A DNA stretch of 64,000 nucleotides from Felis catus (taxonomy: Eukaryota), in the NCBI RefSeq assembly GCF_018350175.1, contig NC_058382.1, forward strand, positions 23,002,001-23,066,000. Direction: 5' to 3'. The notes beneath the pieces were generated by a model that had not been told where the DNA came from, did not search any database, and saw only the letters and a program-made list of their open reading frames with translations. The translations under genes were made by a program, and so were the position numbers. Shown here piece by piece: positions 47,288 to 59,450 of the stretch; positions within the stretch are counted from its first letter, which is position 1, and each line of letters opens with the position of its first letter.

Positions 47288-48699
47288 TATGAAAAAAAAA
47301 GGAAAAAAATAGCCTTTTAGGTCTGCACTCACCCATCCTCACCTGTTATATCTTCTTATTTTTTATCTCCAGTCTGGAACAAAGAGGCCCCGAGGCCCAG
47401 TGGGAGATTTGGGCAGCAGAGGACAGCCCACCCGCATGGACCACATAAGGTGGGACAGCGACAAGACACTGGAAAGAGTGTTTACATGTATTGGAAAGGC
47501 TGCGTCTGGGCTGAGATGGGGGTGTGTCTGTGGTGGGCTGGAGGTGGGTTGGTGGGAGGAGTACCTGCGCTGGCTAAGCCCATTGTCACAGAGCCATGGG
47601 AGGTCAAGGAGACAGCCACATGACGGGCCAGACTTTTGGGAACTTGGAGGTGCTCTTGGACCAGCACCTTCGTTCTCCAAACCAGGGCACTAGGCCCAGG
47701 GAAAGAAGGCATGCTCAAGGTCACATGGTGAGTTACAGGGGATACATACCAGAGAACTCCCACCCCACAGTGCTGCCTTTCTAATGAGCTGCCTGCCAGG
47801 AGCCACTCCTGGCAAAGACAAACGAAAAGAAAAAGCTGTTATCAATAGAGCAGGTGGGGATCCAGGCTGGAGACAGGGAAGGGAAACCACAGTGGGCTTG
47901 GATGTCAGGATGGCTTTCTCCTTCCAGTTAGAGGATATATGACAAGCACTCATAAAGGGGAAGAGATGGGGATGGGACAGTGAAAGTCCATAGAAATAAG
48001 CCAATTGATATAAAACAAACAGGTGAGCTGATTTTTTAAACCAAAACCAAAGTAGTAAATACAAAAGAAATACTGGCCTTAGAAACAAACCATCCCTGTT
48101 TATTGGACTAGAATACACACAGATGTGCTGTGCAAATGGCAGTGAAACATGCTGCTAGCTAAGTCTGCTGTTAATCAAGGAGCCAGCGACATGCACTGCG
48201 CTGTGATCACAGGAACGTTTCCTGAGTGTCCTATGCTCTGTGCTGGTTGGGGGTGGGTCTCGTTCCCCAGACCTTGCACTGTGCCCAGCCCAAGTGGCGT
48301 CAAATTTGGGGTCTTTGGGGAAGCAGCAGATAAGCCAAGTGGAAAGACTTTCAAACTTGTTTACAGTGGCAAAAGCTTCGTTCCTGCCTTGATGGGTATT
48401 CCCAGGAACCCGCTGAGGACCTTGAAGGGCCTGGGAATCTGCGGGATGTGAAGGATGCAGGGGCAGCTCTGGGACTCTGTGGGGCTGGGCAGCCAGCCAG
48501 CCTCACTAGGTGAGACCCAGCAAAGCAGCCACTGCTTCCATCTTTCCCTCTCTCTCACTTTTTTCATATTTCTATTCCTGTGTTAGATGCTCCAGAGCCC
48601 TCCAACCATGGAGAGGGGACTCAAATCCCCACAACTCCAGTCCCACTGCTGCCAGGGAATAGGAGCAGTCACAAATGCCATTTTCAGCTCTTATTATGT

Positions 48700-48880
48700 G
48701 TCGGCACTGAATTAACTGCCTCATCTCATTTAATCCTCAAAACAACCTTATTAGGGAGATATTTTTATCTCCATTGTACAGAGATCAGAGAGGTAAATTC
48801 ACTTCCCGAGTTCTCAGAGCTCATAAGTGGCAGGGATTCAAATACAGAGCTGACAAACTGCAGGACCCTGAATTTTTAAT
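48700..48880 (-). mobile_element. MIR
   Basis: TCATTTAATCCTCAAAACAACCTTATTAGGGAGATATTTTTATCTCCATTGTACAGAG...AAGTGGCAGGGATTCAAA. Confidence 0.8.
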
Positions 48881-49199
48881 CACTTTTCCAGATTAAGAGA
48901 TTTGGGCTAGAACCTTGAACGATGGCTGTACTTGAAAGAAAATTTTAATTTTGTTGTAGAGGCTTCATGTCATAATTAGTTCCTCAGCCTCCACAGGGGA
49001 CAGGATTGTACATGGGTTACCCATAATGACTGTTAGCTACTAAGTCTTTCCTGCAAGGCTGTGAGCTCCTAGAGGGAAGGTGGTGTGTCTTAATCATATG
49101 CATGTCCTCAGAGCCTACTGAGTGTTAAATACACCAAGGATGGGCACCCCAGCCAAGCCAAGCCAACTTTTTCAGGAGCCAGTAGTAGAAAGGGGAAGC

Positions 49200-49450
49200 T
49201 CTTCATATAGCCAGAGATGCTCACCTGGAGGCTGTCCATGGGGGACTGCTGACTCCAGGGCAAGCCTTCCTGAGAATGAAGTTTCAAGTGGAAAAGTTGT
49301 TTCCTGACAATATCATCAGGCACCCGGATCTAGCTTAGCCAAAGCTGAGATTAACCTCTTCTTATTTTCATAAGCCAATATATTCCCATTTTTGTTTGAG
49401 CCAACTGAGTTGGGCTTCTGTCATTTACCACCAAAATATCTTGGCCAATT
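49200..49450 (+). mobile_element. MLT1 (J/K-like) LTR fragment
   Basis: CCTTCCTGAGAATGAAG...ATAAGCCAATATATTCCC...TTGAGCCAACTGAGTTGGGCTTCTGTCATTTACCACC. Confidence 0.6.
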
Positions 49451-51779
49451 CAGGGATCTCCAGTAAGTGCTGTAATTGTTTGGAAACTCAGCCAGATCCA
49501 GAAGAGACCAACCCTGTCTCCCCCTGCAGTTCCTGGCAACTGGATCTGAACTCTCCTGCTTCCTCTCTCTGACTATAGAATCATGGCTACTTCCCCTGCA
49601 GGACTAGCTCAAAGACCCCACAAGGCTGGACTTGGGAGCAATTAGCACCGTGCTAAAAGGGCTCATTTGTCTCCACTCTGTCATTGATGCAGCAGCCCTG
49701 GGACCACTGTTGCTATGAAAGATGGGTCTGGAGATGTCATTAAATTACACACGTGTCCACTGTGTCTGGTTATTAAGTCTTTGGCAAATCAATTCTTTAT
49801 GACCTTTTAATCAAGACCAGATAAACAAAGAGAAGAAGCTCATGGAAATTCTTCAAAGAAAACTCTAAGTGCTGTTCATCCAGGGAGCTGTGGATGCCTC
49901 CAGTTCAGAGATTCCAGGAGGCTGGGGGCAGGGGCCTGGGCTCTCAGGGGGTAGGGAGGGACAGTGTGAAGGAACAGGGGGGAGGAAGAACACCCAGCTC
50001 AGAGTAGCTGGGACAGTGACGTGCTGTGGTACTGGAGTCTGGGAAGTGTGACTCTGGTATCCCAGCCATCCTTTATTGCTGGGCACCAGCTCCCTCCTTT
50101 CTGGAGAGGCCCTTGGTCCACTGTAGCAGGCCTTCTGCCTCTGTAAGTCTACCGTGTCCCGCTGCTCCTGGGTCCTCATCAGCAGGGGCTGGTCTGTACC
50201 AACGTTTGCCCTGATGTGCAGTAAAATGAGGAAAACAGACACAAGTGAATTTTCCATAAAGCTAAACTTATTCAATTTAGATGATTTTCTTTTGTTCTGA
50301 GGATGACACCTTTTCCACTCTCTGGTCTTGCGTAGCCTTTTGTGTGGTGAGATGATAATGATTATGAAGAGTTGTTTGCTTGTCATGATAAAAAGCTTTC
50401 ACCCGTGGGTCCACCACCAGCCTCTTGCAGCCTGACTCTGTGCACCATTGCTGGTGGGACACAGTTCCGCCTGGACCCTCCTGGGAACCTCATGCAGGCT
50501 GTCGGCAGGCTTCCTTCTGTCACCTGTTCAAGGGGACACAGGGTGCCTCCCGGCCCAGAGGACCAAAGTTTTCCCAGAGACCACCCATACGAATGGGCCT
50601 CGTTTTGTGCATGCAAGCTCCCAACACCCAGTGATGACTGAGGTAGAGAGTAAGGCAGGAATTAAGGCCCAGACTCACAAATGAAGGAAGATGTAACCCT
50701 CAGAGAAGGCCAGCCGTACACCCAGAGCCCCTCGATGGCTGGAAACAGTGCCTCTGCTGTGCAGCACCCACAGGCTTGTATCTTGTGGTCAAGAACAATG
50801 GGCCTGAGGTCAGACCACCAGTGTGTTAAGGTTCTGCCTCTCCCATTCAGTATCCTGGCCAAGGTTTGTCCTCTCTGGGTGGGTTTCCTCTCCCATCCCA
50901 CAGGATAATAATGATCTAGTTAATGTGTACAGAGCAGTCAGGACACTGAGGCACAATGTAGCTGTCCTAAGACTGTTCCTGTTGCTGTCCTCCTTTCCAG
51001 TTTCCCTGTGTGGATAGTGCACAGACAAGGTGCTGGTTACTTGGCCGGCACCAAATATGCCCAGCTTTCTGCCCTGAGCACCAGGTGATTGCACTGCCAG
51101 CCTCTGTAGGTGGGTGGCGCCACGGGACTGACTCTGGCTGACGGCACGCCATGGAGGAAGTGATATGCGTCACCTCTGGGCCGAGCTCCACAGTCACTGC
51201 ATGCTTTGCCACATCCTGCCTCCACCTTTATGGAATCACGTGTTGAGACGGAATTTCTATCAGCCTGAGCTCCTGAGTGCAATCAGGACGGGAGTCCTCC
51301 TGGGGGGCCCACGGGGAGCACGCAGTGAAAGAGAAATAACCTTAGTTGTGCTAAGCCCTGAAGATGGCGGGGGCATTTGTTCCTGCCGCCTGTCCCAGCC
51401 CACCCTGACCGATGACTCAGTTGGAGCCGTGGCTGGAGAGGTTCCCGTGGGACCTGGATTGGGGTGAGGCTCATGCATGTGGAGAATCGGCTGCAGCCAA
51501 GATGGGCCTCCTCTGTTCTCAGCTTCCTGGAGTAGCTGCCAGGGATCCTCACAGCCCCTGCTGAGGTCCTCAGTTCGGCCCATCTCACATAGTGAGATTC
51601 AGCATGCTAACTATCCTTCCTATGAGTAACCCCATGGCTACTCAGACAGTGGTTCCAGGGACCGGAGCCTCATGCACGAGTCACAAGGGTGACTTTCGGC
51701 AGCTCCGAGGGTCAGGGGCCAAGTAGAGTTTCATGCCAGTGGAAAACAAGAAAACACACAAGTGGCCATTACTAGAAAG

Positions 51780-51960
51780 TGCTGTTATTAGGACAATAAA
51801 ACTGGAGGAAGGGACAGAGAGAGGGTGGGAAAAGCTGCTTTAGATGGATGGCCTAGGGAGGCCTCTCTGAGGAGGGGATGCTGAGTTACTTGCAGGATGA
51901 GAAGGAGCCAGACAAGGAGACAGGCGTCTCAGGCAGTGGGGTGAGGTGAATGCTGGCCAC
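51780..51960 (-). mobile_element. L2 fragment
   Basis: GCTTTAGATGGATGGCCTAGGGAGGCCTCTCTGAGGAGG...GGATGAGAAGGAGCCAG. Confidence 0.6.
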
Positions 51961-52519
51961 ATGAATCACGTTGCATCAGTTCACTACAACAGACCATGGG
52001 TGAGGGCCCATTGTGTGCAGGCCCCGTGCCAGGTGTGAGGGGACATTGTTCAGTGCTGTGAACAGAGGTCAGGGCTGTGGCCCTCAAAGAGTTTACAAAC
52101 CAGGGGTGGCACAGATATAAACACACCTACCTGTGAGGATCTTGGCTGATCTGCCAAACATCTTACGTGCTGATTTAGCTAATCCTTGCTGCAGGGCCAA
52201 AGTGGGTAAGTAACAACGCATGTCCAGTATGGCGATGATGGTTCTGAACCCAGGCACCTTCCAGCTAAGCCATCTTTCCAACCCCATTAGTGCAGATGTG
52301 GGACTGTAAGTGCGGAAGGAGTGACACCTTGTGAGCTTGGGTCCCAGGCCGTGGGAGAGGAGAGTCCGGGGGACCGACAGCACTAGCTGTGTGGGCTGGG
52401 GGAGGCAGGCTAGGAGAGCCCAGATGGCATTTCTGCAGGAAACATATCAGTCCCACTGCTACAGCCCAGGGCTATTCTGAGTAGGGAACACTGGTGCTCT
52501 TAAGAATCAGGCCTTCCCT

Positions 52520-52742
52520 GGGGCTCCTGGGTGGCTCAGTTGGTTGAGCGACCAACTTCGGCTCAGGTCATGATCTCACAGTTTGTGGGTTTGAACCCCG
52601 TGTCGGGCTCTGTGCTGACAGCTCAGAGCCTGGAGCCTGCTTCCGATTCTGTGTCTCCCTCTCTCTCTGCCCCTCTTCCACTCATGTTCTGTCTCTTTCT
52701 GTCTCAGAAATAAATAAACCTTAAAAAAAAATTAAAAAAAAA
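52520..52742 (+). mobile_element. Can-SINE (SINEC_Fc), young
   Basis: Full head, felid core and A tail; perfect 18-bp TSD AAGAATCAGGCCTTCCCT at 52502-52519 and 52743-52760. Confidence 0.97.
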
Positions 52743-52946
52743 AAGAATCAGGCCTTCCCTGGGGAGCAGTGAGCAGGAGCAGGAGAGAGCACAAAGAAGG
52801 ACTGAGGGTCCCGAGGCCCCTGTGGCTCCCCAGCTCTGCCTGGCTGGTCCTCTCAATGTCCTGAACCAAATCCCCAAACACTCTGTTGCAGTCCCCAGTT
52901 GCAGGTGGCCTTCTAGCATAGCTGTCCTCAGAAGGCCTGGACAAGT

Positions 52947-53250
52947 ATGCTAAGTGAAATAAGCCATACAGAGAAAGACAGATACCATATGTTTTCACTC
53001 TTATGTCGATCCTGAGAAACTTAACAGAAACCCATGTCCCCCATGGGGGAAGGAAAAAAAAAAGAGGTTAGAGTGGGAGAGAGCCAAAGCATAAGAGACT
53101 CTTAAAAACTGAGAACAAACTGAGGGTTGATGGGGGGTGGGAGGGAGGGGAGGGTGGGTGATGGGTACTGAGGAGGGCACCTTTTGGGATGAGCACTGGG
53201 TGTTGTATGGAAACCAATTTGACAATAAATTTCATATATTGAAAAAAAAA
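52947..53250 (+). mobile_element. 5'-truncated L1_Fc-type 3' end (about 300 bp)
   Basis: Near-identical to 5148-5440 in this window; 17-bp TSD AGAAG(GC/CA)CTGGACAAGT at 52930-52946 and 53251-53267. Confidence 0.95.
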
Positions 53251-54277
53251 AGAAGCACTGGACAAGTTAGTATGACACATGGATTATTTAGAGACAAAAA
53301 TCTCCTTAACTCTCTACCATAAACGCATTAGCCATGTTGATAAACATTAATTTCTGCAAATAAACACATGCAGGTTTTTCCTTTGCCTGTGGAGTGCTTA
53401 CAGGACTGAGTCATCACTCGCTCATTCCTATCTGAGCTGGGTGCCTGGGTGGGATGGCTTTGGGCCACCTCCTCTGACTTATTTGTCTCTTTTAGAAAGC
53501 AGTGGGTACTCAGTATGTCTCTATGTGAGAGCCATCCTCCCTCACAGAGGGGGCAGAGCCAGCAGACCCTGGTGTGAACACTGGAGCCTGGGGGATGCTG
53601 TCTGCTTTGAGTACCACCTTCAGCGTGACAGACTGTGCCTGCTACTGCTGGCCTAGACACAAGTCATGCAGAGAATGAAGGAGGCAGAGAGGAGGGAGAG
53701 AAAATGGCATGTGGCCAGAGAAAAAGGCAGAAGATGGAGGGGCTCTCAGGGCCATCTGTACCTGGAGATGAATAGGTTTAGGAACAATAACAGGATATGA
53801 AGATTTGGGCCAGAGTGAAAGGGCCAAAGGGCAGACAGTCCCACCTCAGATTGTCCCTGTGTTGTGGACAGGCCCCTGCAAAGGGACCAAGCTTTAGGTA
53901 GGTGTCTGCTTTCCTTTCCCTCCCAACACTGCACTCTCCTGGATGCTTGTGACTTCCTCCCTGGGCACAAGGCATCATTGCTTGGGCCCTTTTCTTGCTG
54001 TCACTGTGAGCAAGACCCAACACATGGGTCAGCAGGGGCCTGAGCTTCCTGGGCCTTGGGGAGAGTCAGAGCAAGGGGACAGGTGAGTGGGAATGGGGCA
54101 TGGACCATGGTAGAGATCAAGGCATTCATCTTTGCCTGGATGGTCTCCAGAGCCGGTGGGACCTCCATCATCACACTGGCTCTTCAAACAGCCCTGCTGA
54201 CACTCCCAGTTTCCGTGAGGGAAACAAGTGAGCAGAGAAGGAAGGAACTTCAGGAGGTTCAAATCCACACACCTAAT

Positions 54278-54506
54278 GGGGCACCCAGGTGGCTCAGTTG
54301 GTTAAGCATCCGACTTTGGCTCAGGTCATGATCTTGTGATCCATGAGTTTGAGCCCCATGTTGGGCTCTGTGCTGACAGCTCAGAGCCTGGAGCCTGCTT
54401 CAGATTCTGTGTCTCCCTCTCTCTCTGCCCCTTCCCCACTTACGCTCTGTCTCTTTCTCCCTCTCTCTCTCTCTCCAAATAAATAAATATTTAAAAAATT
54501 AAAAAA
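54278..54506 (+). mobile_element. Can-SINE (SINEC_Fc)
   Basis: Head, core, CT tract and tail; 15-bp TSD AAATCCACACACCTA at 54261-54275 and 54507-54521. Confidence 0.97.
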
Positions 54507-55389
54507 AAATCCACACACCTAGAAAAACACAAGCTTTCCCTGATTTCCATCACAGTCTCCCTCTCCCCACGCGCTTTTCGCGGGCTCTAACTTGGGAGTC
54601 TGGATCTAGATGCCCTGTTCTGTGTTTAATTGTCCGTGCTACTGTTGAGTAAATACCTGTTTTCAGGAGACTGTGGCCTGACTGAAGTAGCCTATGGCAC
54701 TTTTAAGGATGTACTGTGTTGATGTTCATTTCTGTAGCATCTGGTTTGTGGTGTTAGAGTGGAGTGAAGGATATAAAATGCAGTAAAGCTTCGTCCAAAC
54801 ACATCAAGGGAACCTAAAGCTTGCAAATGTGCTGAAGAAGCCAGCTTCCAAGCCTTTCCAGACTCTCTGGAATTAATCGGATTTCCAAAAACATCTGTTT
54901 TGGTGAACTGTCCGCTTTGCATTTAATTTTTGTATAATGGCAGCTGTTGGGAAATCAAAAGTATCTGTGATGCTGCAAGTCTGTGGAAATTGCATTTGGG
55001 TGGTAGCTAGGCCACCTGAGTCAGACTTTTTTTGCAGAAAGAATCATCAGCCTAATCCTTACTGAAGATTTCATTAGGTGGGTGCCTGTCTGTTGCTGTC
55101 AGCTGGGGAATTTATCTGGCTGTCCACATGTGCCCTTGTGTTTGATGCTCTGAAATTTCACAGACCTTTACTTTTATTCTGAGGACTAGAAAGCAAATGG
55201 GTAAGAAGGGGTGGGTTGGAAGCTGTGCATCCACAGTTTTGGGGGCCAAGGTGGCTGTCCTGATAGCAGCTGGGGCAGGACACCGGGTGGATGGAGGCTT
55301 GGTGAGAGCACTGGCAGGCAGGCCGGACCTCCCAACCTCACCTGCAAGGCCTTGAGGGCTGCTGATCCCCGCTCCAGCCGTCCTCCTCC

Positions 55390-55690
55390 TCACTCACTGC
55401 CCCCCACTCCATGCCCTGTCCCACCTGCTCCCTTTCCACCTGCTCTTTCCTCGGTCTGGATGGCCAGCTCTTTCCCATCTTCTCTGTCTCGCCTCAGCAT
55501 CACCTCCTCAGGAGGCCCTCCCTGACTGCCTTGTCTAAATGAGCCCCATGCTTTGCTCCCCCTTCCCTGCCTACTTTTCCCTGATTGCTATAATCACTAT
55601 CTAAAATTACATCTGTATTTATTTGCTCACTTGTTTATCGTACACTGTTCCTGTTAGAATGTGGGCTCTGTGGAGGCAGCTGGGGCCTGC
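55390..55690 (+). mobile_element. L2 3' fragment
   Basis: CTCAGCATCACCTCCTCAGGAGGCCCTCCCTGAC...ATTTATTTGCTCACTTGTTTATCG...TTAGAATGTGGGCTC. Confidence 0.65.
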
Positions 55691-56169
55691 CTCCGAATGG
55701 GCCTCCACCCAAGCAGGGTGAGTGGATGAGGCTGTCATTGCAGGAATGTGGGGGGTGGGGTCTGGTCCGGATCCCTAGAGATAAGAGCAAGGATCCCTGC
55801 AGAGTCAGAGTGCACGGGGTCAGGGAGGGGGCAGGGAGCTGGAACTGGAGAGACCCAGGGCTGAGCAAAAGTGTGGTTTACTTCTCGGGCCTCACTTTTT
55901 CTGTCTGACAAAACGCGGCAGGGGTGGTTTGCTTTGGGCCACTGAGAGTTTTCATGCTCACCTGGCAGTCTTCTGATCTGGCATTTCCCAGAGGGATTTC
56001 AGGTAGAACATGAAAGAATTTTAAAAATTGTGACAGTTAAATATTTTTCATGTATTAGGATATATATCACAAAGTAAGCCTCTAATTTTATGAGCGCTCC
56101 TTAAGATGAAGCTAAAGTATCTTAACTTTTTGTTTTCTTTAAATATGTCTAATTCAAGGAAAGCTCTAA

Positions 56170-56365
56170 AGCAGGAGCCTGAACACTATGCCCTGCAGAC
56201 CAAATCTGGCCCACTGTTTACTTTTGTATATAATGTTTTATTGAAACACAGCCATGCTGCTTTGGTGCTACAATGACAGAGTTTGTAAAGGTGACTGTAT
56301 GGTCAAATACTAAAATATTCACTACATGGTCCTTACAGGAAAAATAAATAATTGGCAAAAAGCAC
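56170..56365 (-). mobile_element. MER58-type hAT element
   Basis: CCAAATCTGGCCCACTG...TTTTATTGAAACACAGCCATGC...TGCTACAATGACAGAG...CTAAAATATTCACTACATGGTCCTTACAGGAAA. Confidence 0.8.
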
Positions 56366-57740
56366 TGGGATTTGTGAGGCCCAGAAAGTCTTAGAGCCAG
56401 CCACAATTATCTCTGTGCTCATCTGCCTTTGGAGACAAAGCCCTTTGCCTTTGATGCTGGTGGCATGGTAAGGTCATACTCTGCCCCACTGTGTGAATGC
56501 TGTCCCCTGCTCAGGGCTCAAAGGCTCCCTCTAGTTCCCCAAGTTGGAAATAGGGCCAGCTGCCCAGCGTGGGGCAAGGGTAGATTTATCAGGTGGTTGA
56601 AGACATTCAAGGCAGAGCTAACAGAGGGAAAATTAGGGAATAGTAGAGAGACAAGAGACCTGAAGGCTCAGGGGAAATGACCATGATGCCAATGGCTGGG
56701 CCAAAGTCTCACATCGCAGGAGTGGCCATACTAGGACACACTCAACATGTCTGTGCTCTCTTCTGCCTGTGTGTTAAGAGGAGAACTGAAATTCAGTAAA
56801 CAACTCAGCAGTTGAACAAAATCACCACAACAAAACAACCTGGCAGATATCCAGAGAGACCACTTCTCAAAACGAGAGTTTCTGAAGTCCAGGAAGAGTC
56901 AAAATTGTCCTGAAGTGAGACTAGGTGGAAAGCGGGGATTGCTGTAATTAAGGCAACATGGCCCAGATGAACTGGAGACCTGGAGCCTTGCACTTGAATG
57001 GGACTTGTACTCTGAGCAGAGAGCTGTTTGAAAGAATGACATAATAAAGCTCCCAAACTGGTCGGTATAATTTCCCCCAGCACTCGGTGTGCATGAATAA
57101 CACACGCAGTCAAACAGAAGAGTAATCAGATTTGAAATATTCCTTTAATAATACGTTTGCCAGATCAAATATTAAAAATAGAAGATGGAGAAAAGGAGCA
57201 GCCGTCTCCCCAGTGGTATCAGTTCCATAAATATTGCTTCATTAAGCTGTCTGTGTCGGTTCAAAGGGATAGATTTTAAAACATGGCCAAGGTTCCAGAT
57301 TGTTTGTTGTGATGAAGCGGAAGACTCTGGGCTGCCAGCGTCACCTCATCCCCCTGTGCTGTGCCTGCCACCACAGCGAGGGGCCATCACTTAGCAGCCA
57401 GAACTGGCCTGACATCTGCCCAAAGGACGTGTGTTTATTTATTTGAGTCAGGCCTCCTCCATCGGTGCACCAGTGGCTTCCATCCCAGGCAAACAGCAGG
57501 GAATTAATAATGATGGCATTTGACTTTCCCAAGACCTTCCCTTGGCAAAGTTTACATCCCTCCCACTGGCATCTCTGAGTTTGGAGGTAGGATGAGGAAG
57601 GCTGAAGTTCTCTTGCCAACTCAGGCCCACAAGAAAGTGGCTTAGTGGGAGCCCGGGCCCCTGCAGGCTCTGAGCTTTGACAGAGTGGTGTTCTTCACTC
57701 CTTGGTGAGGATTAGCAAAGCATTTAGAGAGTTGCACTAA

Positions 57741-57829
57741 CTGGGTGTTGTATGGAAGCCAGTTTGACAATAAGTTTTATTTTAAAAAATAAAAATAAAA
57801 TAAAGCAACAAACCCAAAGACAGAGAGAG
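57741..57829 (+). mobile_element. Ultra-truncated L1_Fc-type 3' terminus with degenerate tail
   Basis: CTGGGTGTTGTATGGAAGCCAGTTTGACAATAAG matches the L1 ends at about 5391-5425 and 53196-53230; perfect 15-bp TSD AGAGAGTTGCACTAA at 57726-57740 and 57830-57844. Confidence 0.9.
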
Positions 57830-58235
57830 AGAGAGTTGCACTAAATCTGTGTCTCTGCTCAGTTGAAGGCCACAAATGTTTTCTGCTGGGTCCCATGCTC
57901 CATGCAGAAGAGCAGGAAAAATAATTGCTTTAAACTCAATGGTCAGGTATAATTCTTTGAATAGTAGTGAGAAACACTGCCTTGACTCAGGTTTTCATGC
58001 CTATCAGCAATTGCAAATGTACTGAATTTCCTCAGGCATGTTTGGAATTTATGCCAGGGATCCAGGATCAGTCAACCCTTTAAGATGCAGATACAGAATC
58101 TAATACTAGTTGATGAGTGATGAACCTCTATTGTCACATGTATAAAGAAGCTGACTCCTTAAGTTCATGAGCTCTTTCTCCTCAACTTCATGTATATCCT
58201 TTGCCAAAACATTGACTTTGGGAAAATAGACCTAA

Positions 58236-58259
58236 AAACCAACCAACCAACCAACCAAC
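58236..58259 (+). repeat. (AACC)n tetranucleotide microsatellite, about 5-6 units
   Basis: AACCAACCAACCAACCAACCAAC seen directly. Confidence 0.9.
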
Positions 58260-59049
58260 AAATAAAGGATTGAATTTAGTGAAATCATTATCTTATTAGT
58301 TCTTCAAAGGTCAATGAGCCAGTTTGGAAAAAATGTTAAACATTTTCTTAAAAGTAAAGGTTTTGTCAATATCTATTAAGTGCATACTATATGCTAGGTA
58401 CTATGTTAAATGTTTCAGCGACTCAGTGAATTCTAAGATGAACCAGATCCAAACTTTAATGAATAACCCACCTGATAGAAGGGAAGGGGATTATTTCAAT
58501 GGCTACCTCCCAAATCACTTCTTCTGTTGTTCCTAATGCCCCCTATCTGCTTATGTTTACATGTTACTCTGAAATGCTTTCTGCATACATGTCCTGCTTC
58601 CCCAGCCACCTTCCCTTTCTGCCCCAGGATCCTAGAATTTGGAGAGGCCAGAGAGGAATAGACAAGGTTATCCTGATGCTATTAGAAGACAAGACACCCT
58701 TCCCTCCCCACTGCCCCACACTTTCCACTGAGGACCACCCACAGATCACTGGTCAACTTTCCATGGGGTTTGCCATTGCCCCATTATGTTACCATCCCTC
58801 TGTCTAGTGAAGACTTTGGGGATGCCTAGCACCTCCTGTGGCTCTACCCAGGAGTGCCTCTCACCAGGCACAAGCAATGTGCTGTTTGCCCTTCAGTGCA
58901 GCTCAGTGGGCTAAGTTCTGCCTGCACTTCTTCATTCAGAAGGGCTTCCCTGAGTGTCCCAGCCCAAACTTCTCTCCCTGTGGTAGCACATACTGGCACT
59001 GCCCCTGCTCTGGCCCCTTTGGCATTCACATGCTCCTAGAGCATTTGCA

Positions 59050-59450
59050 TGCACACCATGGCTACCATTGCAAAGAGGCTCTCTGACTGAGCCGTTTCTC
59101 CAGCTGGCTGCAGGAGCTTGCTTTACTGCCTGCAAGCAGGGCAGGCTGGAGGCGGCTGGGAGTCAACACTTCCAGGAGCCACCTTCAGCCAGCGCCCTCA
59201 CTTCTTTGCCCCTGCGTGGGCCATGGGACTATTCTGAGGTGGGTTTTGCAGTCTCCCAGAGGTCCCCAGCAGGGCTGAGCTCCAGTTAACTGCTGCAGTA
59301 ACCCGACCTCTGATGCACCATATACTGGCTTCCTTCTCTTACCTGACACTCTCACTCCGTTACCTGAGGTTGCTGGGGACACATCCCTAATGAATGTCTT
59401 GCTTGCTCAGAATCTGTTTCAGGCTCTGCCTCCTCCATACCCAGCCTTAG
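59050..59450 (+). mobile_element. LTR16-family (ERVL) LTR
   Basis: GGGACTATTCTGAGGTGGG...TCTCCCAGAGGTCCCCAGCAGGGCTGAGCTCCAGTT...ACTGGCTTCCTTCTC...TCAGGCTCTGC. Confidence 0.75.
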
